A DNA stretch of 64,000 nucleotides from an uncultured Pseudomonadota bacterium (GTDB taxonomy: Bacteria > Pseudomonadota > Alphaproteobacteria > Rs-D84). A program made the translations under genes and the position numbers. The stretch spans positions 202,077-266,076 of the forward strand of contig CACYHO010000001.1 of assembly GCA_902774285.1 (NCBI GenBank). The letters run 5' to 3'. How positions within the stretch are numbered: position 1 is the first letter of the stretch; each line of letters begins with the position of its first letter. The notes beneath the pieces are model-generated. The model worked only from the letters and a program-made list of their open reading frames with translations. It searched no databases and had not been told where the DNA came from. This document shows, one piece after another, positions 47,726-56,803 of the stretch.

Positions 47726-48908
47726 AAAGTATTTTGACAGATTAAATGCAGATATTGCACGCGGTGCAACTTTGACCGAAGTGATTTTGGCAGTTGCTGT
47801 TATAATTGCAGTGTCCCCTTTTATGTATAATCAAATTATTGACATGTCCAATGAATCACAAGATATTGCACGTGCTAATGAGATTGTTAATATACGTGAT
47901 TCTGCTATAAATTATATTCGTATCAATCACGAAAAATGGGATGATACAGTGGAAATAAAATTATCCGATGAAGAATTAAAAAAAATATCTTCTATGGCAC
48001 ACAGTGGATATATTGATAAATATAAAGTTAAAGGGGCTTCTATAAGTGATATATATTTGGCGTTTAATATGGAAAATTCGGATTACAGGGCGGCAAATAT
48101 AGCAAAACAAATCGGCGAAGATGCTGCGGTCGTTCGTGAAGATGGAATTGCTTATTCGCAAAGTTGGGCTGTTTCTGCGCCTGAAGATTTTCATGTTGGC
48201 GATTTGATTTTTAGAATATCTTATGATTTCGAAGGTGCAGATAAATCAAGATTTTTACATCGTGGAACAATGGGTGAAGACAAATTAAATCAAATGCAAA
48301 GAAATTTGCATATGAATAATTTTAATGTGTTTAATACGGCAAAAATTGACGGACTTTCTGCAAAAATTACAGATGTTGATGCAGTGTTTCTTGAATCAGA
48401 TGTTGTGGATGCAAATACTGTTTATTTTACATCTGGGGCAAATATGAATTCGGATAGTGTGACCTTTTCTTCTTTACGTGTGACCGGCGATACAAGTGGT
48501 TTTAGATTAATCAAAGCAGATGTTTTAAATGACGATAAATATACAACAAGTGGAAAGTTGATTGTTGATCGTGCAACAATTGGCAATTCTGTTAATGTTG
48601 CTGGGAATTTAATTTTAAAATCTTCAAGTGGAAGAAGTGTTTCTGGTTTTAGTGGCATATCAATGAATAAACTTTTAACGCCATATTTATCTGCTACAGA
48701 TTTGGTGTTTTTTGAAAATTTTGGTATAACGGTTTCTGGTGAATTATTATTGGCTGGCAAGGCACCTTTGAAAATTGGGAACTGGGCGTTTCCTTCAACA
48801 ACCCCACCATCTTTTTCAAAGTTAACATTAACACGTGCATCTGTTCCACCAACACCGGATGCTGATGAATTTAATAAAATCATAGAAGCAAATTGGAATA
48901 CAAAATAA
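47703..48908 (+). CDS. large pseudopilin/TadE-like protein B (401 aa)
   Basis: ...DIARG|ATLTEVILAVAVIIAVSPF (Glu at +5, Pro at +14/15, as in the TadE-like N-domain). Ser/Thr/Gly-rich beta-repeats shared with C. Overlaps A by 23 nt. Confidence 0.5.
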   Translation: MGEVIVCKKYFDRLNADIARGATLTEVILAVAVIIAVSPFMYNQIIDMSNESQDIARANEIVNIRDSAINYIRINHEKWDDTVEIKLSDEELKKISSMAHSGYIDKYKVKGASISDIYLAFNMENSDYRAANIAKQIGEDAAVVREDGIAYSQSWAVSAPEDFHVGDLIFRISYDFEGADKSRFLHRGTMGEDKLNQMQRNLHMNNFNVFNTAKIDGLSAKITDVDAVFLESDVVDANTVYFTSGANMNSDSVTFSSLRVTGDTSGFRLIKADVLNDDKYTTSGKLIVDRATIGNSVNVAGNLILKSSSGRSVSGFSGISMNKLLTPYLSATDLVFFENFGITVSGELLLAGKAPLKIGNWAFPSTTPPSFSKLTLTRASVPPTPDADEFNKIIEANWNTK

Positions 48909-50221
48909 TGGTAAAGAAACGAAACTTTTTTCATAAAAATACACAACATGGTGGGATGTTGGTGGAATTGATGATGACTATTGCGCTGGCCGCAATAATT
49001 ATTCCGTTTGTATTCCGTTATCAACAAACGGCGGTGTCGCGTGCAAGAAATGTTGCCATAACAAAACAAATGGAAAATGTTCAAAGTGCGCTTGAAAGAT
49101 ATATTGTTGAAAACAAAACAGAATTAATGCGTCCAAAGGGTAAAAATATAACGCGTATAAAAATAACAGATTTAATAAATTATGGTTTGCCAGAATACAT
49201 TGCAGAAACTTATGGCGATGATTATCAATTAAGAATTTTGAAGTCTTCTGACAATAACAATAAATCAACATTGCAAGGAATAGTGCTTTTATCTAATCGT
49301 GAAATATCGCCAATGCGTACACGTGAAATTGTAAATCTTGGTGGTGGTAAATTCGGATTTGTCGAAGGTAATATAACATATGGTGGTTTTGGCGCGTTTC
49401 GTGGTTCTGCCACCGATTTTGGAATAGCAAATACCAAAGGCTTGATTGGAACAACAAATGTAAAACGCGGGAATACGGAATACTTATGGCGTTTGCCGTC
49501 TGAAAATGAAGATGATGCAACGATGCAATCTGCGTTAAATCTGGATGGACACGATATGAAAGGTGTTCGTTTTGTTGATGCAAATAAAGCCCAATTTGAA
49601 GAAAAGTTAAAAGTTGGAAAATTGGATGTTTCAACTTTGGTTTTTGCCAACCGTTCAACGATAGATTCTGTATATTCAACGAACATAGCGGTCGTAAACG
49701 GTGCATTAACAGCAGATTCAAGAAATATGACAGTTAATGGAACTTTGTCTTTGGCAGATTCAGCAAAATTTTCATCTTTTTCAACGAACGATTTATATGT
49801 TAATACATTAACTTTAAGTGGTTTTAGTGTTTCGACAACAGATGGAAAATCTTCCGCATTAAAAATTATTGGTGATATGGATTTAATAATGGGCCGAGTC
49901 AGTGCGACATATGTATCTGTTGGTTATACTGGTTCTGTGACACCGCAATTAAATATTACAGACAGAATACAAGATTCAAAAGATTCTTCGTTTTATTGGG
50001 ATATTAAAAACAGCAAAGCGCGTTTTGTTGATATTAATTCGCCAGAACTTTCGCGTATGGCATCAATCATAATGGCACAAGAATCTGTGTTTGGTACAAT
50101 GGCGACGACTGTATTTGGTGGTGTTGCAGCAAACGCAAATGCAACTGTTGCAGATTATATAAACGCGATAAACAATATGCAGACACAAATACGCGCAAAA
50201 TATGAAATGTTGAATTTATAA
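48893..50221 (+). CDS. large pseudopilin/TadE-like protein C (442 aa)
   Basis: ...NTQHGG|MLVELMMTIALAAIIIPFVF, then ENVQSALERYIVENK...LINYGLPEYI. Long Ser/Thr/Asn/Gly beta-repeat region. Overlaps B by 16 nt. Confidence 0.5.
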   Translation: MEYKIMVKKRNFFHKNTQHGGMLVELMMTIALAAIIIPFVFRYQQTAVSRARNVAITKQMENVQSALERYIVENKTELMRPKGKNITRIKITDLINYGLPEYIAETYGDDYQLRILKSSDNNNKSTLQGIVLLSNREISPMRTREIVNLGGGKFGFVEGNITYGGFGAFRGSATDFGIANTKGLIGTTNVKRGNTEYLWRLPSENEDDATMQSALNLDGHDMKGVRFVDANKAQFEEKLKVGKLDVSTLVFANRSTIDSVYSTNIAVVNGALTADSRNMTVNGTLSLADSAKFSSFSTNDLYVNTLTLSGFSVSTTDGKSSALKIIGDMDLIMGRVSATYVSVGYTGSVTPQLNITDRIQDSKDSSFYWDIKNSKARFVDINSPELSRMASIIMAQESVFGTMATTVFGGVAANANATVADYINAINNMQTQIRAKYEMLNL

Positions 50222-50258
50222 TATTTTGTGATATAAGAATATCAAACGGAGTTATTTT

Positions 50259-50765
50259 ATGAAAATAGTATGTGATTTTTGTAAAACAGAATATGTTTTG
50301 GATCATGTGCCAACCAAGCCTGTTAAGTGTGCTGTATGTGGTCATGTTTGGACACCGCGTGTTCCATTTCGTCACAAAACATTAATAAAGTTTATTGCGG
50401 CACTTTGCGCTTTTATCGCGGCATGTATATTTTCATTGGTTGTGATTGTGAATATGAATACAAAGAAAAATCATCCGCTTGTTACAAAAATAGATGAAAA
50501 AAATATTCACACAGTATTAGACGAAAACGGCAACAATCGTATATTTGTTTCTGGTAATATTACAAATACCACGAACGATATATATGGTTTGCCAAATATC
50601 ATAATTATTTCTTATGATGCTGTTGGTAATGTTTTGTCGCGTCAAACTTTTATGCCACCTGCAACATTACTGGAATCAAAAACAACTGTTACATTTAACC
50701 ATATGTTGTCAGTAGACCCAACAAATGTTAAAAGACTTTCTGTTGAACTAAAGGAATCAAAATGA
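50259..50765 (+). CDS. zinc-ribbon (MJ0042-type) + TM + DUF3426-like protein
   Basis: MKIVCDFCKTEY...KCAVCGHVW double CxxC, one TM helix, then a C-terminal beta-rich domain. This is the common alphaproteobacterial layout. Confidence 0.55.
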   Translation: MKIVCDFCKTEYVLDHVPTKPVKCAVCGHVWTPRVPFRHKTLIKFIAALCAFIAACIFSLVVIVNMNTKKNHPLVTKIDEKNIHTVLDENGNNRIFVSGNITNTTNDIYGLPNIIIISYDAVGNVLSRQTFMPPATLLESKTTVTFNHMLSVDPTNVKRLSVELKESK

Positions 50766-51247
50766 GATTTTTATCGGCAATAATTTTATCTTTGTTTTGT
50801 GCTGCATCTTTTGCAGATACTTCACCTGTGCCACCATCTGTGCCTGTTCCTGCACCAGTTAAACGTGTCAGTGTGTTTTCAACAACTGTTGATTGGGAAG
50901 CGGTGACGGGTTTGGCTTTGCGTCAATATACAGGAACAGTGAAAGGTACGGATAAAAAATTTGTGAAAGATGGTGTGGTATTATATTACCTTGATTCGTT
51001 TCCTTGTTATGGCGAAGCAGACAGTGTTCGTGTATGGTTATCACCAAAGGGAAAAATGTCTGGAAATTTACGCATAGTTTGTGTTTATAAGCCAGATACA
51101 ATTTCTTTTGCATGGCGTAATGCAACAGAAGAAGCGACCCAGGCACGCACTGCAGGAATTTTAACTTGTCCAATTGAAGGAAATCGTAATTTTACGATTG
51201 ATATTTCAAAGTGTGAACAGGGTCCAAAATGGGACGAACGCAGATAA
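50762..51247 (+). CDS. hypothetical secreted protein (161 aa)
   Basis: Signal peptide, Pro-rich stretch PVPPSVPVPAPV, 5 Cys. Confidence 0.4.
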   Translation: MRFLSAIILSLFCAASFADTSPVPPSVPVPAPVKRVSVFSTTVDWEAVTGLALRQYTGTVKGTDKKFVKDGVVLYYLDSFPCYGEADSVRVWLSPKGKMSGNLRIVCVYKPDTISFAWRNATEEATQARTAGILTCPIEGNRNFTIDISKCEQGPKWDERR

Positions 51248-52206
51248 TGGCAGATATAAAAAATTTTTCAGTGAATGAAGAAAATATCGGTGTAAGAATT
51301 GATAAATTTTTATCGATTTGTATGCCTGAATTTTCGCGCAGTGAAATTCAAAAATTCAAAATTGCACGTACCGATGGAAAGGCTTTAAAATTGTCGGACA
51401 AGACAAAACCGGGCGATGAATTTATTGTAGAAATTGCTGAAAAACCAACCGATGTCGCGTATGACAATATTTCAAGTGATTTTGATTTGGAAATTTTATA
51501 CGAAGACGATGATATTATCGTGATTAATAAACCGCGTGGTGTTGTTATGTACCCCAGTGCCGGAAACAAAACAGGGACTTTGGTTCAAAATTTGTTGTCT
51601 TATACACATTTGTCTGCATTGGGTGGGCAAACACGTCCGGGTGTTGTCCATCGTTTGGACAAAGATACCAGTGGTGCGATGGTTTTTGCTAAAAGTGACG
51701 CGGCGTATCGCGGTTTGGTAAAGATTTTTTCTGCGCACGATTTGACGCGTAAATATATTGCTTTTGTTTGGGGTGTGCCGACATGGGGTGGGGCAGAAAT
51801 TACCGGAAATATAGCCCGTTCATCACGCAATCGTCAAAAAATGAGTTTGGTTAAAACAGGTGGCAAACCAGCCCACACAATCGTCAATGTTATGGATGCT
51901 TGGACAAAACCTGGTATTTCGATGTTTAGATGCACGTTGATGACCGGGCGAACACATCAAATCAGGGTGCATTTATCTTCACATGGTTTTCCTGTTTTAT
52001 GTGATCCGCTTTACGGTCGTGAAAAGGGACATATTGGTTCTGTGAAAGATCCAGAATTGCTGGAGTTTTTGAAAAATCATAATGGGCAGATGTTACACGC
52101 AGAAATACTTGAATTTGTGCATCCAATAACCGGTGAAAAAATGCACTTTAAAGCCCATATGCCAGACGACATGATTGAATTGAAAGACATTTTGGACAAT
52201 CAGTAA
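51247..52206 (+). CDS. rluD: 23S rRNA pseudouridine synthase RluD (RluA family, S4 domain)
   Basis: S4-like N-terminus (RIDKFLS), catalytic HRLDKDTSGAMVFAKS, and C-terminal QIRVHL. Start chosen at MADIKNF. Confidence 0.85.
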   Translation: MADIKNFSVNEENIGVRIDKFLSICMPEFSRSEIQKFKIARTDGKALKLSDKTKPGDEFIVEIAEKPTDVAYDNISSDFDLEILYEDDDIIVINKPRGVVMYPSAGNKTGTLVQNLLSYTHLSALGGQTRPGVVHRLDKDTSGAMVFAKSDAAYRGLVKIFSAHDLTRKYIAFVWGVPTWGGAEITGNIARSSRNRQKMSLVKTGGKPAHTIVNVMDAWTKPGISMFRCTLMTGRTHQIRVHLSSHGFPVLCDPLYGREKGHIGSVKDPELLEFLKNHNGQMLHAEILEFVHPITGEKMHFKAHMPDDMIELKDILDNQ

Positions 52207-52291
52207 AAATAATCGCAATTACATATCATTTTTCGCTTTCTTTATTTTTGCGTATATGATAAAATAAATACAAAGTAAATGGAGAAAGGGG

Positions 52292-55200
52292 ATGAAAAAC
52301 ATCATCAAAGCACTTAGTTTATTGTCAATTTTTGCCGTGATTCCTGGGGCAATGGCCGCCACTTCGCGTGTAAGTATGATATCGTCACGCACGTCGCCAC
52401 GTTTGCCGTCATTTGCGGGATATATTACGGCGGTTACAAAGGGGATAACAACCACAACGACATCTTCGACGTCTTTGTGGGGTGATGTTGATTGTATCAA
52501 TAATTACACGGATTGTATTACCGCAGAAGATGCGTGTGGTGCGGATTTCGAAGAATGCACAACAAATGTTTTGTTTCATGCCCAAATGCCAAAGTGTTTG
52601 AACGTTTTGACACAATGCAGTGCAACCGGGATTAATTCGCTTTTTGGAACATCGGCGGTAACGGCTTTGTCTAACGTTGATTCTTGGAAAGATGATGCGC
52701 ATAAAGAAGTTGATCGCTATACATACCCATTGGACGGCAGTATTTTGGGACAAAGAATTATCGGTGGTGCAATTGCAAACAGATTGACAACAGAACAATG
52801 TGTCCGTCGTTATACAAACTGTTTGAATCGTGATGATGTTTGTGGTGCTGATTTTGAATTGTGTACATCACAACGTGAATTCAAAAAACAGGCTGTTTTG
52901 TGTGATTCTACATTGGCGCGTTGTGACAATGCTGGCAAAAAAGAATTGTTTGGTTCTGTTGAAAATGCGGCCGCGTTAAAACCATCTGGTGATGATGCAA
53001 GATTGAAATCTATGATTGAAGACGGTCAACAATTGGCGGCAATGAATGCGGTTAAAACATGTCAACGTGTTACCGATAATTGCTTGGTTTCTGCATGTTT
53101 GAATAATCCATGGCGCTGTGTCGAAGGAACCAGTATGCGTAAAATCAGTGCTGCTGATTTCATAGGCAGTGCAACATCTGATGCAAATACAAAAACATCT
53201 ACTATTGGTTTTCAATACAAGAAAGACGATAAAGGTGAATTTGTATTAGATGCTGATAAAAATAAAATACAAGAATTGGTATCTGATGCAGATTTATATG
53301 CATTGACTGGTTCGGATATTCGCAAAAATTTAAAAGCACAATGTTTGGAAACAATCGGTGCGAATAAATATTGCCATATGACATATCGTGAAAAATCCCC
53401 AAATAATAAAGATTTGATGGATATCGATTTACAGGAAGATGTGTTCTCTTTGGCATATGCGGCGCGCAAAGAAATGGTTAACACAAAAATCCAAGAAGAA
53501 TTGAAAAAATTCGATACCAAGGCAAAAGAAGCCTGTGTTGAAACAATTGCATCATGTGCAATGCGTTCTTGCGGTGGCGGTATTGGTTCCGTATGTTATA
53601 AAAGTGCTAAAAGCAGTAGTTCAAAAATAGGTGTAGTAAAATTAAAATCTGATGATTCAGGAATAAATATAAATGGAAAACCGTATAATGAAATTAAATC
53701 TGGATGTGCTGCGATTGTAAATACGGATCAAAATTGTATTTATGCGGCAACAGCATTGAATGATACTGGTTATAATTATTCCTATATAAATGACAAGGCA
53801 TTTGATGCATTGTTTCCAACTTTAACAAAAGGCGGGGATCCGATTGGTGTTGTTGCATATTTGAATTCTCTGTTGGCAACATCTTATAACGATGCAGCAA
53901 TTGAAAATATGAAAAAACAATGTGCAAATACAGCACTTTCTTGTGTGATTGCTATGTGTGGTACAGATTACGAAAATTGTTATCGTAACCGTACAGACGT
54001 TAGATTGGCTGGTGCAGGTTCTTACAATACAGACAGCAGTGAATTCAACAAAAGTATGAATAAGGTTGGTGGTGTCTTAGATTATAACATTGTTACAGGT
54101 TTGTGTTTGAATACAGTTAAAAACGCGTCTTCTTGTGCAGAACATTTGAAATTGGCTGCTGCGGACTGGCGTGATAAAGCAATGTCAGATAGCACAAGCT
54201 GGGCTTCAACAGATGAAGACGGTAAAGTAACAAAATATGGATCTGTGCGTGCAGGATGGTTGGATGCGAATAAAACACAAGCAACTTCTGATAATACAAA
54301 ACTGGTTGGTTGTACAGGAAGTGCAGAACAAGAAAGAAGAAATCAACAATGCGATACTTATACTGTCGCAGAATGTGATTGGATAGATCCAGAAACAGGG
54401 TGTTTGTATGATCAGGAAAAACGTGTAGACATTGGGGAATATGCTTTGTCACAAGCTGGGGAAACATTGTTCCAAGAATTGTTGGCTGACGTTGAACGTG
54501 AAGTTCAGGCAAAATACAATGCTAAACTTACCAAAGAACAAGGTATCTGTTTGGCACAAAACAATGGTGGTATTATGGGAGCAACCGAAAATGGTTCTAC
54601 ATTTATGTGGGTAAAGATGGCTAATAACAAAAAAGTACCAAACACATATAATACCAAGGGGCTTAAAACAACTGATTTCAAAGCATCTAATGATTTGTAT
54701 GGTTCATTCTGTCGTGCACGTATTACATTGACATCAGATGATAAATATATCCAAGATTTATTGGATAATGACAAAGAAAATCTTTCTACTGCATATTTTG
54801 CAGTTGGTGATGCGTTCACATGTGGTTCTTGGATAAGCGATAAAAAACTTGAAGAAATCACAAAGAAAGTTGGTGAAAAAGCACGTAAAGATGCCGGTGA
54901 AGGTTCTACAACAGAAAAAATCGCATATGCATGGGGAACTGTTGCACCTGCATTGGCTGGTTTGGGTGTTGGTTTGGGACTTGGTGAATCTGGCTTGTTG
55001 GGTAAATGGTTGAATAATGCAAGCATTGCCAATGGTGTAACAGGTGACACAGCATATAATAAGAAAACGTGTATAGATTATGCAAAGTATGCAAAGGAAG
55101 AAGCTTCAAAAGTGACAGATGAAGACGATGAAAAGCATATAGCCTTTGCGAAAGTTGCAAAGACATACATTGAGAGTGCAGCTGGCTTGTGCAACAATGT

Positions 55201-55588
55201 TGTCCCTTCTAATAGTGAATACAGAGCTTTATGTAAAATGGATGGTCTTGAAGCGATTGATAAAAAGAACGCCATCCCTCAAGCTGACTTGATAGAAAGT
55301 TTTGCTGATAGAATCACAAAAGCTTGCGAATCTGCAAATGATAGCTTTGTTGTTGGTAAAAATGGTAATATAGCGGCACGCGCTACAATCCCTGTTGTAA
55401 CAACAATAGCTGGTGGTGCTTTGGGTGTCGGTATTACTGCTTCTGTATTAAAGGCTAAGTATGAAGCTGCTGAAAATGAAGCAATTGCAAAATGGATGGA
55501 AGAAATTGGCGATCATATCCAATGCTTCCTGGGCGCCCAAGAACTGGGTTCTTATGGTGACGTGGTAAGCTTCACTATAGATGAATAA
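52292..55588 (+). CDS. giant secreted Cys-rich repeat protein (1098 aa) with C-terminal glycine-zipper segments
   Basis: Signal peptide MKNIIKALSLLSIFAVIPGAMA. Duplicated 6-Cys module C-x3-YT[DN]C-x5-CGADFExCT-x10-C-x6-C...LFG, plus degenerate copies. The module is spelled out in the 52292-55588 finding. GLGVGLGLGESGLLG and IAGGALGVGITASV near the C-terminus. Confidence 0.55.
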   Translation: MKNIIKALSLLSIFAVIPGAMAATSRVSMISSRTSPRLPSFAGYITAVTKGITTTTTSSTSLWGDVDCINNYTDCITAEDACGADFEECTTNVLFHAQMPKCLNVLTQCSATGINSLFGTSAVTALSNVDSWKDDAHKEVDRYTYPLDGSILGQRIIGGAIANRLTTEQCVRRYTNCLNRDDVCGADFELCTSQREFKKQAVLCDSTLARCDNAGKKELFGSVENAAALKPSGDDARLKSMIEDGQQLAAMNAVKTCQRVTDNCLVSACLNNPWRCVEGTSMRKISAADFIGSATSDANTKTSTIGFQYKKDDKGEFVLDADKNKIQELVSDADLYALTGSDIRKNLKAQCLETIGANKYCHMTYREKSPNNKDLMDIDLQEDVFSLAYAARKEMVNTKIQEELKKFDTKAKEACVETIASCAMRSCGGGIGSVCYKSAKSSSSKIGVVKLKSDDSGININGKPYNEIKSGCAAIVNTDQNCIYAATALNDTGYNYSYINDKAFDALFPTLTKGGDPIGVVAYLNSLLATSYNDAAIENMKKQCANTALSCVIAMCGTDYENCYRNRTDVRLAGAGSYNTDSSEFNKSMNKVGGVLDYNIVTGLCLNTVKNASSCAEHLKLAAADWRDKAMSDSTSWASTDEDGKVTKYGSVRAGWLDANKTQATSDNTKLVGCTGSAEQERRNQQCDTYTVAECDWIDPETGCLYDQEKRVDIGEYALSQAGETLFQELLADVEREVQAKYNAKLTKEQGICLAQNNGGIMGATENGSTFMWVKMANNKKVPNTYNTKGLKTTDFKASNDLYGSFCRARITLTSDDKYIQDLLDNDKENLSTAYFAVGDAFTCGSWISDKKLEEITKKVGEKARKDAGEGSTTEKIAYAWGTVAPALAGLGVGLGLGESGLLGKWLNNASIANGVTGDTAYNKKTCIDYAKYAKEEASKVTDEDDEKHIAFAKVAKTYIESAAGLCNNVVPSNSEYRALCKMDGLEAIDKKNAIPQADLIESFADRITKACESANDSFVVGKNGNIAARATIPVVTTIAGGALGVGITASVLKAKYEAAENEAIAKWMEEIGDHIQCFLGAQELGSYGDVVSFTIDE

Positions 55589-55606
55589 ATTAATTTATCT
55601 GCAAAT

Positions 55607-55636
55607 TAAACCGCCCATTTGGGCGGTTTTAAAATT
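55607..55636 (+). terminator. rho-independent terminator (AACCGCCCATTTGGGCGGTT + T-run)
   Basis: Perfect 8-bp stem after the giant ORF. Confidence 0.6.
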
Positions 55637-55660
55637 CCCCCCGAGTGGAGAATAAAAACA

Positions 55661-55689
55661 TTGCCTTTTGTTATCTTTGTATCTATAAT
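55661..55689 (+). promoter_or_regulatory. candidate sigma70 promoter for lpxD (-35 TTGCCT, 17 bp, -10 TATAAT)
   Basis: Hexamers and spacing read directly, ~30 nt upstream of the lpxD start. Confidence 0.4.
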
Positions 55690-55715
55690 TCAAACGAAAA
55701 TGAAAGGATACAATT

Positions 55716-56771
55716 ATGAAAAATTTTTTGTGTAAGATTTTTGGACCACGCGGAATTAAAATTACCGCGGGGGAATTGGCAAAAAAATTCGGTTTGGAAT
55801 TACATGGTGATGCGAATGTAGTTGTTGGTGGCGTTGCACCAATCGCAGATGCTAAACCAGGCCAATTGGCGTTTTATTCCACAGAAAGAAATTCAAATGC
55901 TTTTAAAATTTTACCTATCGAAGTTTTACAAAACACGCGTGCATCTGTGATTCTTTTACAGAAAGAACAAATTAAAGATGCACCAAAAGGCGCAACACTT
56001 TTAATTACAGAATCACCACGTGGAAATATTGTCAAAATTTTGGGTGAAATTTATCGTGAAAAACCACGTTTTGGTGTATCTTATTTTGCCACTGTTGAAA
56101 AAGGTGTGTTCTTTCGTAAAAAACGCACTTGCTATATCGGTCAATATGCAACTGTGGAACGTGGTTCCGTATTAGAAGAAGGGGTAAAAATTTATCCTGG
56201 TGCTTTCATTGGTCGCAATGTTGTCTTGGGTGCAAATACTGTTGTTTACAGTGGTGCACATATTGAAAATGCCACCATTGGTGCAGACTGTGTTATAAAC
56301 GCAAATGCTGTTATTGGTAAAGATGGTTTTGGATACACACGTCAAGATGGTCATAATGTTTTTATTCCGCATACTGGACGCGTTGTATTGGGTAATCGTG
56401 TTTCTGTGGGATCAAATACTTGCATTGATCGTGGTGCAATGACAGACACTGTTGTTGGGGATGGAACTAAAATCGATAATTTGTGCCAAATTGCACATGG
56501 TGTTGTTATTGGCAAAGAATGTTTCTTGGCTTCTGGTGTTGGTATTGCAGGTGGAACAGTTGTTGGAGATCGCGCATTGCTTGGTGGACATGTTGGTGTA
56601 TCTAACGGTTTACATATTGGTGATGATGCAGAAATCGGTGCAAACAGTGGTGTGTTCCGTAATATTCCTGCCGGTGAAAAATGGTTGGGAAATCCTGCGG
56701 GGCCTGGTATTGAATTCTTCCGTCATTATGCGTGGGTTAAATCACAAATGGCAAAGGATAAAAAGAATTAA
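55716..56771 (+). CDS. lpxD: UDP-3-O-(3-hydroxyacyl)glucosamine N-acyltransferase
   Basis: Left-handed beta-helix hexapeptide repeats (GANTVVYSGAHIENATIGADCVINANAVIG...) and conserved His region. 351 aa. Confidence 0.88.
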   Translation: MKNFLCKIFGPRGIKITAGELAKKFGLELHGDANVVVGGVAPIADAKPGQLAFYSTERNSNAFKILPIEVLQNTRASVILLQKEQIKDAPKGATLLITESPRGNIVKILGEIYREKPRFGVSYFATVEKGVFFRKKRTCYIGQYATVERGSVLEEGVKIYPGAFIGRNVVLGANTVVYSGAHIENATIGADCVINANAVIGKDGFGYTRQDGHNVFIPHTGRVVLGNRVSVGSNTCIDRGAMTDTVVGDGTKIDNLCQIAHGVVIGKECFLASGVGIAGGTVVGDRALLGGHVGVSNGLHIGDDAEIGANSGVFRNIPAGEKWLGNPAGPGIEFFRHYAWVKSQMAKDKKN

Positions 56772-56803
56772 AAAAAAACGCCCGTTTGGGCGTTTTTTTT
56801 ATT
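56770..56803. terminator. bidirectional terminator (ACGCCCGTTTGGGCGT) between convergent lpxD and the secreted Cys-rich ORF
   Basis: Hairpin flanked by A8 and T8 runs. Confidence 0.6.

Noticed and set aside
49225-49721. Minus-strand ORFs of 142-153 aa inside pseudopilin-like gene C
   Set aside because: Overlap the plus-strand gene that carries the class III signal and a paralogue relationship. No features of their own.
54505-55050. 181-aa minus-strand ORF inside the giant Cys-rich gene
   Set aside because: Antisense to the plus-strand gene, which carries a signal peptide and internally repeated modules. No motif.
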